NCBI GenBank assembly: GCA_030586555.1
Contig: JAURAC010000006.1
Span: 16,794-80,793 of the forward strand
Direction of reading: 5' to 3'
DNA: 64,000 bases
DNA from: Candidatus Subterrananammoxibius californiae
GTDB lineage: Bacteria > Planctomycetota > Brocadiia > Brocadiales > Subterrananammoxibiaceae
Part shown: piece after piece, positions 29,166 through 39,430 of the stretch
Layout: every line of letters begins with the position of its first letter
How positions within the stretch are numbered: position 1 is the first letter of the stretch
The notes under the pieces: model-generated
What the model was told of the DNA's origin: nothing
The model's input: the letters and a program-made list of their open reading frames with translations, nothing else
Databases searched by the model: none
Position numbers and translations under genes: made by a program

Positions 29166-29440
29166 TTATAAGAAGTAGTAGCTACAGACTTTAGCCACAT
29201 AAAACACTACTCCCCGCCCTTAACGAAACCTGCTTCTTTAAAAACCCCGATGGAATTGCGCTTTGAGGAAGGACATAAATGGTATTTTAACAAACACAAG
29301 GGATTTGTCAAGGGTAAAAAGAGAACACACTCCCACCCCCCTCTTTTTAGAGGGGAGCTATTTCAAAGCCGAAAATTCGCATTGACATTTGCCACTTGGT
29401 GGGATATAAATAACAACCAACCTGCAGTGGGAGGGCTGCG

Positions 29441-29923
29441 ATGATACCCCAACATTCTGCACGCAAGGTCCACCAAATACTAAAAAGGTTGCTATTATTG
29501 TTCCTTTGGACAATAGCAACCTCGACAACAATATCTGCAATTGTTGCACCTTACTTAGAATATCACAGAATCCTCTGTGCGCAAAACATTTACCACTTCT
29601 TACACTTTTTCTGTCATCAAATCCCCTCAAGATGTTTTTGGATATATGATTCTAATATGGGTTTATGCTCACGCTGTTTTAGTATATATGCATCGTTTTC
29701 CTTTTGTATAATTATCTTATTTTGTTTAAGGTTTTACAGAACACTAAAAAAAAGCTTTATGCTTTATCTTGGAATAGTCTTGATTATTCCATGTTTAGCT
29801 GATGGAACATTATCCACGGTAACAAACTATATAAGCAGTAGTCTCACTCGTTCTATAACAGGTTTTTTGTGTGGTACCGGTTTTGGATTAATTTCATTAA
29901 TAACAAAGAAAGGGGGAAAATAA
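29441..29923 (+). CDS. DUF2085-like membrane protein
   Basis: CHQ.PSR.F...CSRC with TM helices; TTGACA-17-TATAAA upstream (29382-29410). Confidence 0.7.
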   Translation: MIPQHSARKVHQILKRLLLLFLWTIATSTTISAIVAPYLEYHRILCAQNIYHFLHFFCHQIPSRCFWIYDSNMGLCSRCFSIYASFSFCIIILFCLRFYRTLKKSFMLYLGIVLIIPCLADGTLSTVTNYISSSLTRSITGFLCGTGFGLISLITKKGGK

Positions 29924-30459
29924 TGATTAAGTATATAGTGGGAGCGATTGGTTGTTTTTCATTTCTTGTTAGTAACGTCCTTTATGCGGAAACAAAAGAG
30001 GTAACATTAAAGGCTGGCACTGTTGTGTTGTTGGCGGTAGATAAAAACGTAACAAGTAAAGATGCAAGCATTGGAGATATTGTACAATTAAAGGTAATAA
30101 GGCCTGTCAAAGTAGATGAGATAGTAGTAATCAAAGCAAACACTCCGGCTACAGGTAAAATTGCTGAGTTGAAAAAAGCAAAGGGATGGGGAATAAAGGG
30201 AGAAATTTCTATGAGCATCAACTCAACTACTGCTGTAGACGACACAGAGGTGTTGTTAAGTGCTTATCAAAAACGAGAAGGAGGAGGCAATGTTGGAGTA
30301 GCGACGGCAGTGGGTGTCGGTACTGGAGTATTATGCCTTCCAGTTGCCGCAACTGGGTTTTTAATAAAAGGGAAAGAAGGTGAAATACCTTTAGGTTATG
30401 AGATAAAGGCTTATACAATTGAGGATGTTAAACTTAAGGTAGACCTTGAGTCCTCTTAA
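29923..30459 (+). CDS. Exported hypothetical beta-rich protein
   Basis: Signal peptide, AGT..V.SK.A..GD pattern and Gly-rich C-terminal segment. Confidence 0.7.
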   Translation: MIKYIVGAIGCFSFLVSNVLYAETKEVTLKAGTVVLLAVDKNVTSKDASIGDIVQLKVIRPVKVDEIVVIKANTPATGKIAELKKAKGWGIKGEISMSINSTTAVDDTEVLLSAYQKREGGGNVGVATAVGVGTGVLCLPVAATGFLIKGKEGEIPLGYEIKAYTIEDVKLKVDLESS

Positions 30460-30479
30460 ATGTGTTATTCCTCTGCTGA

Positions 30480-30512
30480 TGCTGGTTCTATCTACAAGAT
30501 AGAACCAGCAGG
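30480..30512. terminator. Hairpin between convergent genes
   Basis: tgctggttctatc-tacaa-gatagaaccagca. Confidence 0.55.
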
Positions 30513-30516
30513 ATTA

Positions 30517-30861
30517 TTAGATACGTTTTTTAAGGAATCGGTTGATTTCTTTTGCCACGATGAAGATGTTTTTCTTTGGGTTGCCTCCGAGGGAAGAAGG
30601 ATAAACATCTCCTTCTTCAGAATGAAAGTGATGAGGAAAGTTTGGTAAGTCAGGATGATGAGGAGAATTATCCCAGCCTATAATACGGCTATCTTTAACA
30701 AGCGTAAATGAATAATTTCTATTTTTGGAGCGATAAAATACATCGAACAAAAAGTTACCCGAAAGGTGAAACCTAACCTTGGTTGGAAGATACTCTACGA
30801 AAAGGACATACTTGCATTTATTTCTAAATATCCCAGCTATCCTAAGGAGTTCGCTGTCCAT
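30517..30861 (-). CDS. DUF6516/TumE-like putative toxin
   Basis: GWDNSPHHPDLPNFPHHFH signature. Confidence 0.7.
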   Translation of the reverse strand: MDSELLRIAGIFRNKCKYVLFVEYLPTKVRFHLSGNFLFDVFYRSKNRNYSFTLVKDSRIIGWDNSPHHPDLPNFPHHFHSEEGDVYPSSLGGNPKKNIFIVAKEINRFLKKRI

Positions 30862-31154
30862 TTCAGGGCTTGCTTTACGGTTTTAAGTCGTTCTAATTCG
30901 TCAAGGGCATTTCCCCATTCAATAGCTTCCTCCCAACATGGGTGTTCTGCAACCTCTCCGGATTTTATCTTGCCTTCAAATTCCTCGAGATTGCAATTAT
31001 ACTTCTTGTTAAAACTCCTTGCAATCCTTCTGTATAATGCTATCCTACCAGATATATCCCTTTCAATGGCGTGTAACTGTTCAATGTCCATATTGTACGG
31101 TAAAGCGCCCCTGCTCAGTTTCTGAACCCCCTTTTTATGAATAGCTTTAGGCAT
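30837..31154 (-). CDS. Putative antitoxin partner
   Basis: F.KKY...LEEFE...WEEAIEW pattern; overlaps the toxin start. Confidence 0.6.
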   Translation of the reverse strand: MPKAIHKKGVQKLSRGALPYNMDIEQLHAIERDISGRIALYRRIARSFNKKYNCNLEEFEGKIKSGEVAEHPCWEEAIEWGNALDELERLKTVKQALKWTANSLG

Positions 31155-31256
31155 GTCTCAACCCCCTCTAAAATAAGAGCATAAAAAACAGGCCCATTGA
31201 ACTTACTTTTCACCCTCAAATTTACTATACAAGACAATAAGATTCAAGGTTAAAAA

Positions 31257-31643
31257 TCACAGGTTCTTCCTTATCTCTTTTAAAACATGCAAAGAAAGGG
31301 ATTCGTCCCCAAAAACCCCAACGCGGATTTTAACCTCGGTCAAGCTTTCCGATATTTTCTTGAGTTTAATTTCAATCTTTTTATCGTTTGCTTCACGCGC
31401 AATCAACTTGGCGGATAAGGCGTCCTTTTGTTTGCTCGTAACAAGAAATTCCAAGTCATCCATGGCTTTTTGCGCTGCCTGCCAGGTTTTTTCGATGGAT
31501 GCTTCCTCCGTTGACTTCAGTTCTCCCATTATATAGGCGGCAGTTCCAGCACCGGCACCGCCTCCTACTAACAGCGCACCCGCACAACCACCAGTGGAAA
31601 ACAAAATACCAAGCAACGTAATAAACGTAAAGTTCTTAGTCAT
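31257..31643 (-). CDS. DUF3568-like lipoprotein
   Basis: Lipobox GGC, GAGAGTAAY..GEL, IRVGVFGDE. Confidence 0.8.
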   Translation of the reverse strand: MTKNFTFITLLGILFSTGGCAGALLVGGGAGAGTAAYIMGELKSTEEASIEKTWQAAQKAMDDLEFLVTSKQKDALSAKLIAREANDKKIEIKLKKISESLTEVKIRVGVFGDESLSLHVLKEIRKNL

Positions 31644-31683
31644 TGTAATCTAAACTCCTTTCATAAGGACAAATGGAACACAT

Positions 31684-31749
31684 GGGGACACTTCCCATAT
31701 TTTTTAACAAGCCATCTATTCTTTATCGAAAAATATGGGAAGTGTCCCC
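31684..31749. repeat. Perfect 21-bp inverted repeat
   Basis: ggggacacttcccatattttt ... aaaaatatgggaagtgtcccc. Confidence 0.85.
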
Positions 31750-33315
31750 TCACTCTCCCTCGCTATGTATAAAGGCATGGGTAATCTCAGGATCGAACTG
31801 TCGTCCTGCAAAATTGCTAAGTTCTGATAACGCATCCTTTTTGGGTTTTGCTGGCCTATAAGGCCTTTCTGAAGTCATTGCGTCAAAGGCATCTACAACG
31901 GTCATAATCCTTGTCAGGAGGGGAATTTCATGCCCCTTTAAGCCGTCGGGATAACCGCTTCCATCCCAGTGCTCATGATGATTCCTTATCAGATGTCTGA
32001 TATCCTTGAGAAAATCTAATGGCTCAAGGATTTTCTCCCCTGTAACGGGATGCTGCTTTATTTTATCAAATTCACCGGTTGTGAGCCTGCCCGGCTTGTT
32101 TAGTATGCTCTCCGAGATTCCAATCTTGCCGATGTCGTGAAGCTGCGCTGCGTAGCGGAGCATGTCTTTTTCCTTTTTTGCCAGGTTTAGCGTATCTGCA
32201 ATCCTTGAGGCATAATCCGTTACCCTTTGAGAATGTCCACTGGTATAGGGACACTTTGCATCAAGGCTTGAAGCAAGCGCCTTAACCGTATTAAAACAGT
32301 TTTCCTCGAGTGTTTCGTAAAGGCTGGCATTTTCCATGGCTATGCTTATAGGCGCCGCAAGGGTAACGAGCAGACTGACATCGGATTCCGAGAAGTCCTC
32401 TCCGGACAACTTATCCACCGCATTTATAACCCCCAGAAGCTTCTTGTTCATTGAAAGTGGTGAAGAGACAAATGATTTGGTCTTATAAGGCAAGCGGTTT
32501 TTAGCCTTAAATCTTGAATCGGTATCTATATCTATCACAAGCACAGGCTCTCTATGTTTTGCAACCCATCCAGCAATTCCTTCGCCTATCTTCTCCCTTA
32601 CGCCTATAATTTGCTCACGCCTGTACCCCTTTGCCGCCTTAACAATAAGCTCATCGGTTTTCTCATCCAGGAGCATCACGGAACTATGGCTCACCTCGAG
32701 CCGGTCGTTAATCAGTTCTAAGCAGAGTCCGAGTAACTCCTCCAGGTCTAATACCGCAGTGATTGCCTTGCTAATCTGGTTTATCGTGGCGAGTTCATTT
32801 ACACGTTGCCTGAGCCTCTTATTGCATTCATATAAATGCTGGCTCACTTCCTCCACCTTACCGGTTAACTTCTGCTTATGGAAAGAAAGTTCAATATTTG
32901 CTTCTTTCAGATGATGAAAGAGTTCCTTATTTTCCATAGCCATCTGGCGGGTATTTAACGTCTGCTTTACAACCTTCTTAAGTTCGTTAATATTAAAAGG
33001 TTTTGTTATATAATCATCAACGCCGAACCTCAGGGCAAGGACTGCGTTTTCAACGGTTGCATAACCTGTAATCATCACAGTTGCCATATCAGGTCTGCCT
33101 TTTTTTGCCTGCCTTATTAACTCAAACCCATCCATCCCTGGCATCTTCAGGTCAGAAATCAGCAACTGATAATCGCATTTTTCAATCATATCAAGCGCCT
33201 CAATCCCCGAAAGAGAAGTGTCAATCCGGTACTGTTCGCGTTCGAGGAGTTCCTTGATAAATTGGCATATCCTCGGTTCGTCATCAACTACAAGTATTCT
33301 TGTTTGTTCATACAT
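31750..33315 (-). CDS. Response regulator with GAF and HD-GYP phosphodiesterase domains
   Basis: ILVVDDE..DLKMPGMDG; LHDIGKIG; HHEHWDGSGYP. Confidence 0.93.
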   Translation of the reverse strand: MYEQTRILVVDDEPRICQFIKELLEREQYRIDTSLSGIEALDMIEKCDYQLLISDLKMPGMDGFELIRQAKKGRPDMATVMITGYATVENAVLALRFGVDDYITKPFNINELKKVVKQTLNTRQMAMENKELFHHLKEANIELSFHKQKLTGKVEEVSQHLYECNKRLRQRVNELATINQISKAITAVLDLEELLGLCLELINDRLEVSHSSVMLLDEKTDELIVKAAKGYRREQIIGVREKIGEGIAGWVAKHREPVLVIDIDTDSRFKAKNRLPYKTKSFVSSPLSMNKKLLGVINAVDKLSGEDFSESDVSLLVTLAAPISIAMENASLYETLEENCFNTVKALASSLDAKCPYTSGHSQRVTDYASRIADTLNLAKKEKDMLRYAAQLHDIGKIGISESILNKPGRLTTGEFDKIKQHPVTGEKILEPLDFLKDIRHLIRNHHEHWDGSGYPDGLKGHEIPLLTRIMTVVDAFDAMTSERPYRPAKPKKDALSELSNFAGRQFDPEITHAFIHSEGE

Positions 33316-34426
33316 TACAGTTATTCCTTGGCCCGCATGAGGCGGAGGAAACATTATTTACTGGCAGGGTAATGGTGAATGTAGTGCCTTTGCCTTTTTC
33401 ACTCTCTACTGATAGAGCGCCGCCGTGGTTCTTGATAATTCTGTAGGAAACGCAAAGGCTCAGGTCCGTCTCTTCTCCCCCATTATTAATTGCATAGAAC
33501 GGGTCAAAAATCCGACCGATTATATTTGAAGGAATTCCCGGGCCTGTGTCCTTAAAACTTATCTGTACAAGGTTAGAATTTTGTGCCTTTGTCACAACCT
33601 CGAGTTTACCCTTGCCACGCATAGACCTTTTTGAATTGTTAACTATGTTCTTACAAGAGAGTTTCAATTGCTTGCTGTTGGCATTGATTTTTGGTAAATC
33701 AGGTTGTAAATTCTGGGTTACAATAATACCTGCATTTAGTTCATCCTTAGTAAGCGGAGTCAGCACCTCTTTTAAAAGGCTATTTAAGTCAACGGGTGTT
33801 TGGTCAGAATCCATCGGTTGGGCGAATGTTAGCAAATTCTTTACAAGGTCAGCAATGCGCTGTGCTTCTTCCTCCATTATGGCGTAAACACGAAAATTCT
33901 GGTTCTTCTCCCCGGCATCTGCAATAAGCATTTGAAGATGGCCGGAGATAGTTGTTAGAGGGTTATTAATCTCGTGGGCAATCCGTGTGGCTAAACGTTC
34001 CAAAGGCTGTTGCAATCCGCCTGAGGCGGATTGCGGAGTGCGGATTTCAGATTGCGGAATAACTTTGAACTCTCTTTGAACAATACAGTGTAATTCGCTT
34101 AAAGAAAGGGGTTTTAAAATATAGGAACTGGCGCCCTGTTCCAGCGCCTTTGTTGCTTTCTCACGATTTCCTATAGAGAAGGAAACCAAAATGCGTATAC
34201 CCGGCTTGATTTCCCTTGCTGCATCAATAAATTGCATCTCCTTATTGCCGATGTCATCAATATCAAGGATGACCAGGTCAATTTTTTTCTCTGCAATCAT
34301 GGAAATGGCACGAAAGAGATTAGATTCACTAAAGATGGTGTATCCTTCTTTAGATAACAGGTTAACAGCCATCTTCATGTTCGTGTCGTTTTCGTATACA
34401 GCAAGAATTGCAGGATTAGAGGACAT
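33308..34426 (-). CDS. Receiver-like domain plus histidine kinase, degenerate motifs
   Basis: AHEINNPL, DTGPGI, IFDPF; G2 box reads ETDLSL. Confidence 0.85.
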   Translation of the reverse strand: MSSNPAILAVYENDTNMKMAVNLLSKEGYTIFSESNLFRAISMIAEKKIDLVILDIDDIGNKEMQFIDAAREIKPGIRILVSFSIGNREKATKALEQGASSYILKPLSLSELHCIVQREFKVIPQSEIRTPQSASGGLQQPLERLATRIAHEINNPLTTISGHLQMLIADAGEKNQNFRVYAIMEEEAQRIADLVKNLLTFAQPMDSDQTPVDLNSLLKEVLTPLTKDELNAGIIVTQNLQPDLPKINANSKQLKLSCKNIVNNSKRSMRGKGKLEVVTKAQNSNLVQISFKDTGPGIPSNIIGRIFDPFYAINNGGEETDLSLCVSYRIIKNHGGALSVESEKGKGTTFTITLPVNNVSSASCGPRNNCNV

Positions 34427-34444
34427 TTTTTATTACCCGAACTT

Positions 34445-34473
34445 GTAGGGGCAGGTTTGAAACCTGCCCCTAC
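34445..34473. repeat. Family-A palindrome, intergenic
   Basis: gtaggggcaggtttgaaacctgcccctac. Confidence 0.9.
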
Positions 34474-35525
34474 TACCTATCTAAAAGAGGCGCCAATAGT
34501 GGCAAAGTAACGGTAATTACCGTTCCTTCTCCCACCGTACTTTTTAGACTCAATCTTCCTTCATGTTCTTCAATAATTTTTTTGCAAACAAAGAGGCCAA
34601 GTCCTGTTCGGCGTACCTGTCCATTACTTGTATAAAAGGGTTCAAACACTTTATTAAGGTTTTCCGGGGGTATCCCACAGCCTGTATCTCGAATCTCCAC
34701 TTCTACGTTGTTTCCTTCCGAATGACGCATGCTGACAGACAATTTGCCCCCGTTTGGCATCGCATCCCTTGCATTTTGTATCAGATTAAGGAAGAGTTGC
34801 TTTAGCTTGTACGGGTCGGCAAACACCCTTATTGATGCAGGGATTGAAGTAGGGGCAGGTTTTAAACCTGCCCCTACCAGCTCTGCGGGCTCGAAATTCT
34901 TCACAATTTCAATATTTTCCACCCTCATCTGGTATCCAACCAATAGTAGCACATCTTCGAGTACCTTTTTCAGGTCAACCTCCCTTTTCTCAGAGGCTCG
35001 CTGCGCTGCAAAGTCCAGGAGTTCATTTACTATCTTTGAAATTCGTTCAGATTCTTCGGTGAGCATTCTGAAGGTAAGTTTTTTTGGGTCTGTTTCTGGC
35101 AACTCGGCAGAAAGCATCTGTAAATAACCTGATACATAAGTTAGTGGATTCCTGATTTCATGAGCTATGCCAGCGATTATCTCGTTAAGGCAGAGTATCT
35201 TATTCAGTTGAACAAATGAGTAAAATTTGCCTGTATCTTCCGCTCTCCTGACCGCTATCAAAAAGCCGTTCGTATCCTTTCCAAAGTATTTATAAACGGT
35301 CAGTTCAAACGTTTTGTCATCTTTCGTTACGATGTGTCTTTCCGGATATGTGCTATCATCCTTGGGGAATATGCTCACAGGGAACAACTCGTACCAGTGT
35401 CTGCCTAATATGATATTGTTAATTCCCAGTCCCTTCATGCCTTCGCTGAAGGCGTTTACGACCCCATTCTCATCGGCCACGAGGATGCCAAAAGGCACCT
35501 CAATCTCAGTTAAAGAGTCTGGCAT
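34473..35525 (-). CDS. Sensor histidine kinase (PAS-like N-terminus)
   Basis: AHEIRNPL, NLIQNA, DTGCGI, TGLGL. Confidence 0.9.
   Translation of the reverse strand: MPDSLTEIEVPFGILVADENGVVNAFSEGMKGLGINNIILGRHWYELFPVSIFPKDDSTYPERHIVTKDDKTFELTVYKYFGKDTNGFLIAVRRAEDTGKFYSFVQLNKILCLNEIIAGIAHEIRNPLTYVSGYLQMLSAELPETDPKKLTFRMLTEESERISKIVNELLDFAAQRASEKREVDLKKVLEDVLLLVGYQMRVENIEIVKNFEPAELVGAGLKPAPTSIPASIRVFADPYKLKQLFLNLIQNARDAMPNGGKLSVSMRHSEGNNVEVEIRDTGCGIPPENLNKVFEPFYTSNGQVRRTGLGLFVCKKIIEEHEGRLSLKSTVGEGTVITVTLPLLAPLLDR
34849..34877. repeat. Family-A palindrome in frame in the histidine kinase
   Basis: Encodes VGAGLKPAPT. Confidence 0.92.
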
Positions 35526-35549
35526 ATTTCCTTTCGCTCACATGATGCG

Positions 35550-35580
35550 GCACGGACAAACAAGTTTGTCCATGCCACCC
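35550..35580. repeat. Family-D hairpin (inverted)
   Basis: gcacggacaaacaagtttgtccatgccaccc. Confidence 0.9.
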
Positions 35581-35649
35581 ATAATGAATATTAACCATAC
35601 ATTAAAAAATTAAAATGTCAACCAAATTCTCTTACTTTTTGGAAAAAGC

Positions 35650-35730
35650 GGTAGACAACGAACTTTATGTTCGTTGTGTCGAAGAGCCACCTAAGGCGGA
35701 CATCAACGAGGTAAAACCTCGTTGTCTACC
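35650..35730. repeat. Family-E repeat with central nested insert
   Basis: ggtagacaacgaactttatgttcgttg[...ccacctaaggcgga...]caacgaggtaaaacctcgttgtctacc. Confidence 0.85.
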
Positions 35731-35747
35731 GGCTTGAAAAAAGTGGG

Positions 35748-36425
35748 TTAGTGGAGAATAATGACCATAATGCCTATAAAAATAAGTATAGCCCCTACAA
35801 GCTCTCTTTCATACCGTTCGAGTCTTTCAAATTTTAACCTTTGTACGCCCCGATAGGCAAAGGTAGTCAGGGCAAGCATCCCCAAAAGGGTTGATGTAGT
35901 AAGGATAATCGCCATAGTAAGCAAGATGCCCCAACTCATAGCGCTTGCCGCTAAAAAGATTGGTAAAGCCGCCTCACAAGGGGAAAAGCACAGCATAGTA
36001 AAAAGCGATGTAGTGGCAACCTTGTCTGACAAATAATGGGCAGAATCGCTGGTGCCCTCAAAGCGGGTACTTGCTATCTTTGGCATGGAATGTACCGCGT
36101 GGGTTTGCAATCTAACTCGACGCCATCTGCTCAGGACTACGTAAGCAATACCGAGGATAATCAATATAATCCCCGTCAGGTATACTATACGGCTTTCAAC
36201 ATACCTTGTGACTTGGTATCCCATTACTGCCACTACAAAGCCAATAACACAGGTTATTATAGAGTGCCCGAGGCTCGCTATACCAGTAATCGTAAGCATC
36301 CTTGTTATGCTCCAGCCCTGTGCCTTGCTGACGAGTACAAATGGCATCCAGTGATTGGGCATCACAGCGTGCAAAAGAGCCACGCCAAAGGTTGCAGCAA
36401 TTAGGCCTATGGTCGTCTGGTACAT
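35748..36425 (-). CDS. Putative Ni/Co transporter-like membrane protein (HoxN/UreH-like)
   Basis: LLHA.MPNHW, GHS, SPCE motifs; TM helices. Confidence 0.6.
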   Translation of the reverse strand: MYQTTIGLIAATFGVALLHAVMPNHWMPFVLVSKAQGWSITRMLTITGIASLGHSIITCVIGFVVAVMGYQVTRYVESRIVYLTGIILIILGIAYVVLSRWRRVRLQTHAVHSMPKIASTRFEGTSDSAHYLSDKVATTSLFTMLCFSPCEAALPIFLAASAMSWGILLTMAIILTTSTLLGMLALTTFAYRGVQRLKFERLERYERELVGAILIFIGIMVIILH

Positions 36426-36749
36426 AAATGAAATACCTCCGTAGAAAGTGATAAGTGCCGAGGTGATAGTGGCAAGTGAAAAAATGTTCCATTGGTTTGA
36501 TTGGTTAAATTGGTTAAACCAATAAAACTAATTGAACTGTATATTTTGACTAACACCTTACCACTCGTCACTCGTCACTAAAAGTTCGTTGTCTACCGAA
36601 AACCCCTGATTCCTGAACCCCTGATTTAATCAGGGGCAGGAACAGGTTTTCGGATTGACACAATACTATCCCCATGTATTTATTATGTCAAGTTTAAAAG
36701 CAGGATAGGCTTGCTGCGAAATAACGTTGTTGCGGATTATATTTTGGGC

Positions 36750-36778
36750 TTGACAGTGTGATTCCATTTAGGTAGGAT
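36750..36778 (+). promoter_or_regulatory. Putative sigma70 promoter
   Basis: TTGACA-17 nt-TAGGAT. Confidence 0.6.
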
Positions 36779-36827
36779 TTTACGATATTATCGTGCTTAC
36801 TTTTTTAAAAGAGAGGAGATACTGGTC

Positions 36828-36953
36828 ATGTCAGAAGATTTTAAGGTAGCATTGGGACTTGCACTAACTATGAGCCTTTTTGGTTTATTCGGGTTCCTGC
36901 CATCCATATTACATCTTGTACGTGGAATACTCAAAAAACTTGAAGAAAAGTAG
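36828..36953 (+). CDS. 41-aa single-TM small protein (not in ORF track)
   Basis: GAGGAG RBS; MSEDFKVALGLALTMSLFGLFGFLPSILHLVRGILKKLEEK. Confidence 0.65.
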   Translation: MSEDFKVALGLALTMSLFGLFGFLPSILHLVRGILKKLEEK

Positions 36954-36962
36954 CACTGAAAG

Positions 36963-38240
36963 ATGATTCTTCCTGCACACGATATGGAGCCGACCTCGTG
37001 GGAAAATGCACTCAGGCAGTTTAACGAGGCGGCAAAAATTCTTGGGTTAGACAGTAATTTACTCGAGATCCTGACAAATCCGAAGCTAATCATTCAAGTC
37101 TCAATCCCTGTTCGGATGGATGACTGCTCTGTGAAGGTATTTCAGGGCTTCCGGGTTCAATTCAACGATTTCCCAGGACCGACGAAAGGGGGGATAAGAT
37201 TCCACCCCGAAGTTACCTTAGACGAGGTTAAGGCATTGGCATTCTGGATGACGTGGAAGAATATCATTGCCGACATCCCTTACGGGGGTGCAAAAGGGGC
37301 AGTTGTTTGCGATACCAAGACCTTATCCGAAACCGAGCTCGAACGGCTCAGCCGTGGGTATGTGCAGGCTATACGAAAATTTATTGGACCGAGAGACGAC
37401 ATACCAGCCCCGGATGTCTATACCAATGAAACCATAATGGCATGGATGATGGATGAATATAGCAAGTTAGTTGGGCATAATGTCTATGGAGTGTTTACGG
37501 GCAAACCAGTCGAACTCGGCGGTTCAGAGGGCAGGATTGAGGCAACGGCAAGGGGCGGGTTTTTTGTCCTCAGGGAGGCGCTCAAGAAAAAACGGCTGAA
37601 AGGTCAAAGGATAGCCATTCAAGGTTTTGGCAACGTCGGTTCTGAAATGGCACGGATACTCTTTGAAAACAGTTTCAAGGTTATCGCCGTTTCGGATTCA
37701 AAAGGTGGCATCTACAAAGAAGATGGCATAGATATTAATAATCTGTTAGCCTTTAAAAAAGAAACCAACAGTGTAACCGGGTTCAAACGTTGCAAAGCCA
37801 TTACGAATGAAGAACTACTTGAAATTAATTGCGACATCCTCATCCCCGCAGCGCTACAAAATCAAATAACCGATGCAAATGCAAAAAACATCAAGGCGGG
37901 CATTGTGTTAGAACTTGCAAATGGACCCCTTACAGCCGAAGCGAGAAGAATCCTGTACGATAAAGGAATATTAGTTGTGCCTGACATGCTTGCCAATTCA
38001 GGCGGGGTAACGGTTAGCTATTTTGAATGGGTTCAAAATAATATCGGATATTTCTGGGATAGAGCCACGGTGGAAACCGAACTCGAAAAAAAGATGGTTA
38101 AAGCCTTTAATAACATCTATGAGACCTCAAAGGATTTCAACGTTAACCTGGGGACGGCAGCCTACATCTTTGCCGTGCAAAAGATGGTAAGGATAATTGA
38201 GCTAAGAGGGTTTTATAAACACGGGGTGTGCAAATACTGA
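36963..38240 (+). CDS. gdhA: Glu/Leu/Phe/Val dehydrogenase (glutamate dehydrogenase)
   Basis: GPTKGGIRF, GGAKG, PAPDV, QGFGNVG, GGVTVSYFEW. Confidence 0.93.
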   Translation: MILPAHDMEPTSWENALRQFNEAAKILGLDSNLLEILTNPKLIIQVSIPVRMDDCSVKVFQGFRVQFNDFPGPTKGGIRFHPEVTLDEVKALAFWMTWKNIIADIPYGGAKGAVVCDTKTLSETELERLSRGYVQAIRKFIGPRDDIPAPDVYTNETIMAWMMDEYSKLVGHNVYGVFTGKPVELGGSEGRIEATARGGFFVLREALKKKRLKGQRIAIQGFGNVGSEMARILFENSFKVIAVSDSKGGIYKEDGIDINNLLAFKKETNSVTGFKRCKAITNEELLEINCDILIPAALQNQITDANAKNIKAGIVLELANGPLTAEARRILYDKGILVVPDMLANSGGVTVSYFEWVQNNIGYFWDRATVETELEKKMVKAFNNIYETSKDFNVNLGTAAYIFAVQKMVRIIELRGFYKHGVCKY

Positions 38241-38254
38241 ATTTGAGGTGTAAA

Positions 38255-38998
38255 ATGGGAATACAGGGAAAAACTGCCATCGTTACTGGTGGAACAAGAG
38301 GCATCGGAAAGGCTATCGTTCTGGAGCTTGCCAGGCAGGGCGCAAATGTTGCTTTTACCTACGTTAAGAGCGCAGAACAGGCAAATGCCCTTGCAGGTGA
38401 GATAAGCAAGGATGGCATGAGGGCCATGGCGGTGCAAAGCGACTCATCCAATTTTAACCAATCAAAACAAATGGTGGACGGCGTAATAAAGAATTTTGGC
38501 AGGGTGGACGTACTCGTTAATAATGCAGGTATCACAAGAGATAAGGCGCTTATGATGATGTCAGAGGAGGACTGGCGCCAGGTTATAGACACAAACCTCA
38601 CCGGAGTATTCAACTGTACCCGCGCCGTCATTGTCCCCATGATGAAGCAAAAGAGCGGTTCTATTATAAATATTACATCTGTAAGCGGTGTCGTAGGTAT
38701 GGCGAGACAGGTAAATTATTCATCCTCAAAGGCAGGGATAATTGGCTTCACAAAAGCCCTTGCAAAGGAAGTGGCAAGATATGGGATAACGGTTAACTCC
38801 GTTGCGCCTGGTTTTATAGAAACCGAAATGGTCGAGGTGTTAGATAAGAAGTACCTTGAGGAGATATTGAGGTTTGTCCCCATGGGTCGTATGGGAAAAG
38901 CCGAAGAGGTTGCCGAGGTCGTCTCATTCTTAATTTCTGATGCGGCAAGATACATCACTGGACACGTACTTAATGTTGACGGCGGAATGGCGATGTAA
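38255..38998 (+). CDS. fabG: 3-oxoacyl-ACP reductase (SDR)
   Basis: TGGTRGIG, NNAGITRD, YSSSK, PGFIET. Confidence 0.9.
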   Translation: MGIQGKTAIVTGGTRGIGKAIVLELARQGANVAFTYVKSAEQANALAGEISKDGMRAMAVQSDSSNFNQSKQMVDGVIKNFGRVDVLVNNAGITRDKALMMMSEEDWRQVIDTNLTGVFNCTRAVIVPMMKQKSGSIINITSVSGVVGMARQVNYSSSKAGIIGFTKALAKEVARYGITVNSVAPGFIETEMVEVLDKKYLEEILRFVPMGRMGKAEEVAEVVSFLISDAARYITGHVLNVDGGMAM

Positions 38999-39088
38999 GA
39001 CGTGAGGTGAAGAGGCAAAAAGGCTAAAAGACAAAAAAAGGACCTATTAACCTTTTAACTTCTTAGCCTTTTAGCCTAAGGAGATACT

Positions 39089-39430
39089 ATGTTATTCCTC
39101 GTAAAGGTAGAAATCGAGCAATTGCCAAAGATTCCAATGACAGACTTCTTTGAACTGGTAATTAAGGAATGGGAATATTTTGAAAGGATGAAAAACAAGG
39201 GCAAGGTGCTTGCCGGGGGCAAACTGGCAGGAAGAAGGGGGGCTGCCGCCGTATTTGATGCAGAAAATAACGAGGAGATAGAAAAGTTAGTCGTTCAATT
39301 GCCACTATTCCCCTACTTTACAAACATTGAAATTACCCCGCTCGTGCCGCAGGAAAAGGCACTTCAGGATACAAAGAGGATGTACGAGCTAATAAAGAGG
39401 GCAGAAGTTATAAGAACAAAGGATGCTTAA
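39089..39430 (+). CDS. Muconolactone delta-isomerase-like protein
   Basis: MLFLV...LPLFPY..IEITPL. Confidence 0.7.
   Translation: MLFLVKVEIEQLPKIPMTDFFELVIKEWEYFERMKNKGKVLAGGKLAGRRGAAAVFDAENNEEIEKLVVQLPLFPYFTNIEITPLVPQEKALQDTKRMYELIKRAEVIRTKDA

Noticed and set aside
36196..36492. His-rich ORF upstream of the metal transporter (MEHFFTCHYHLGTYH)
   Set aside because: Derived from a heptamer array and overlaps the transporter out of frame.
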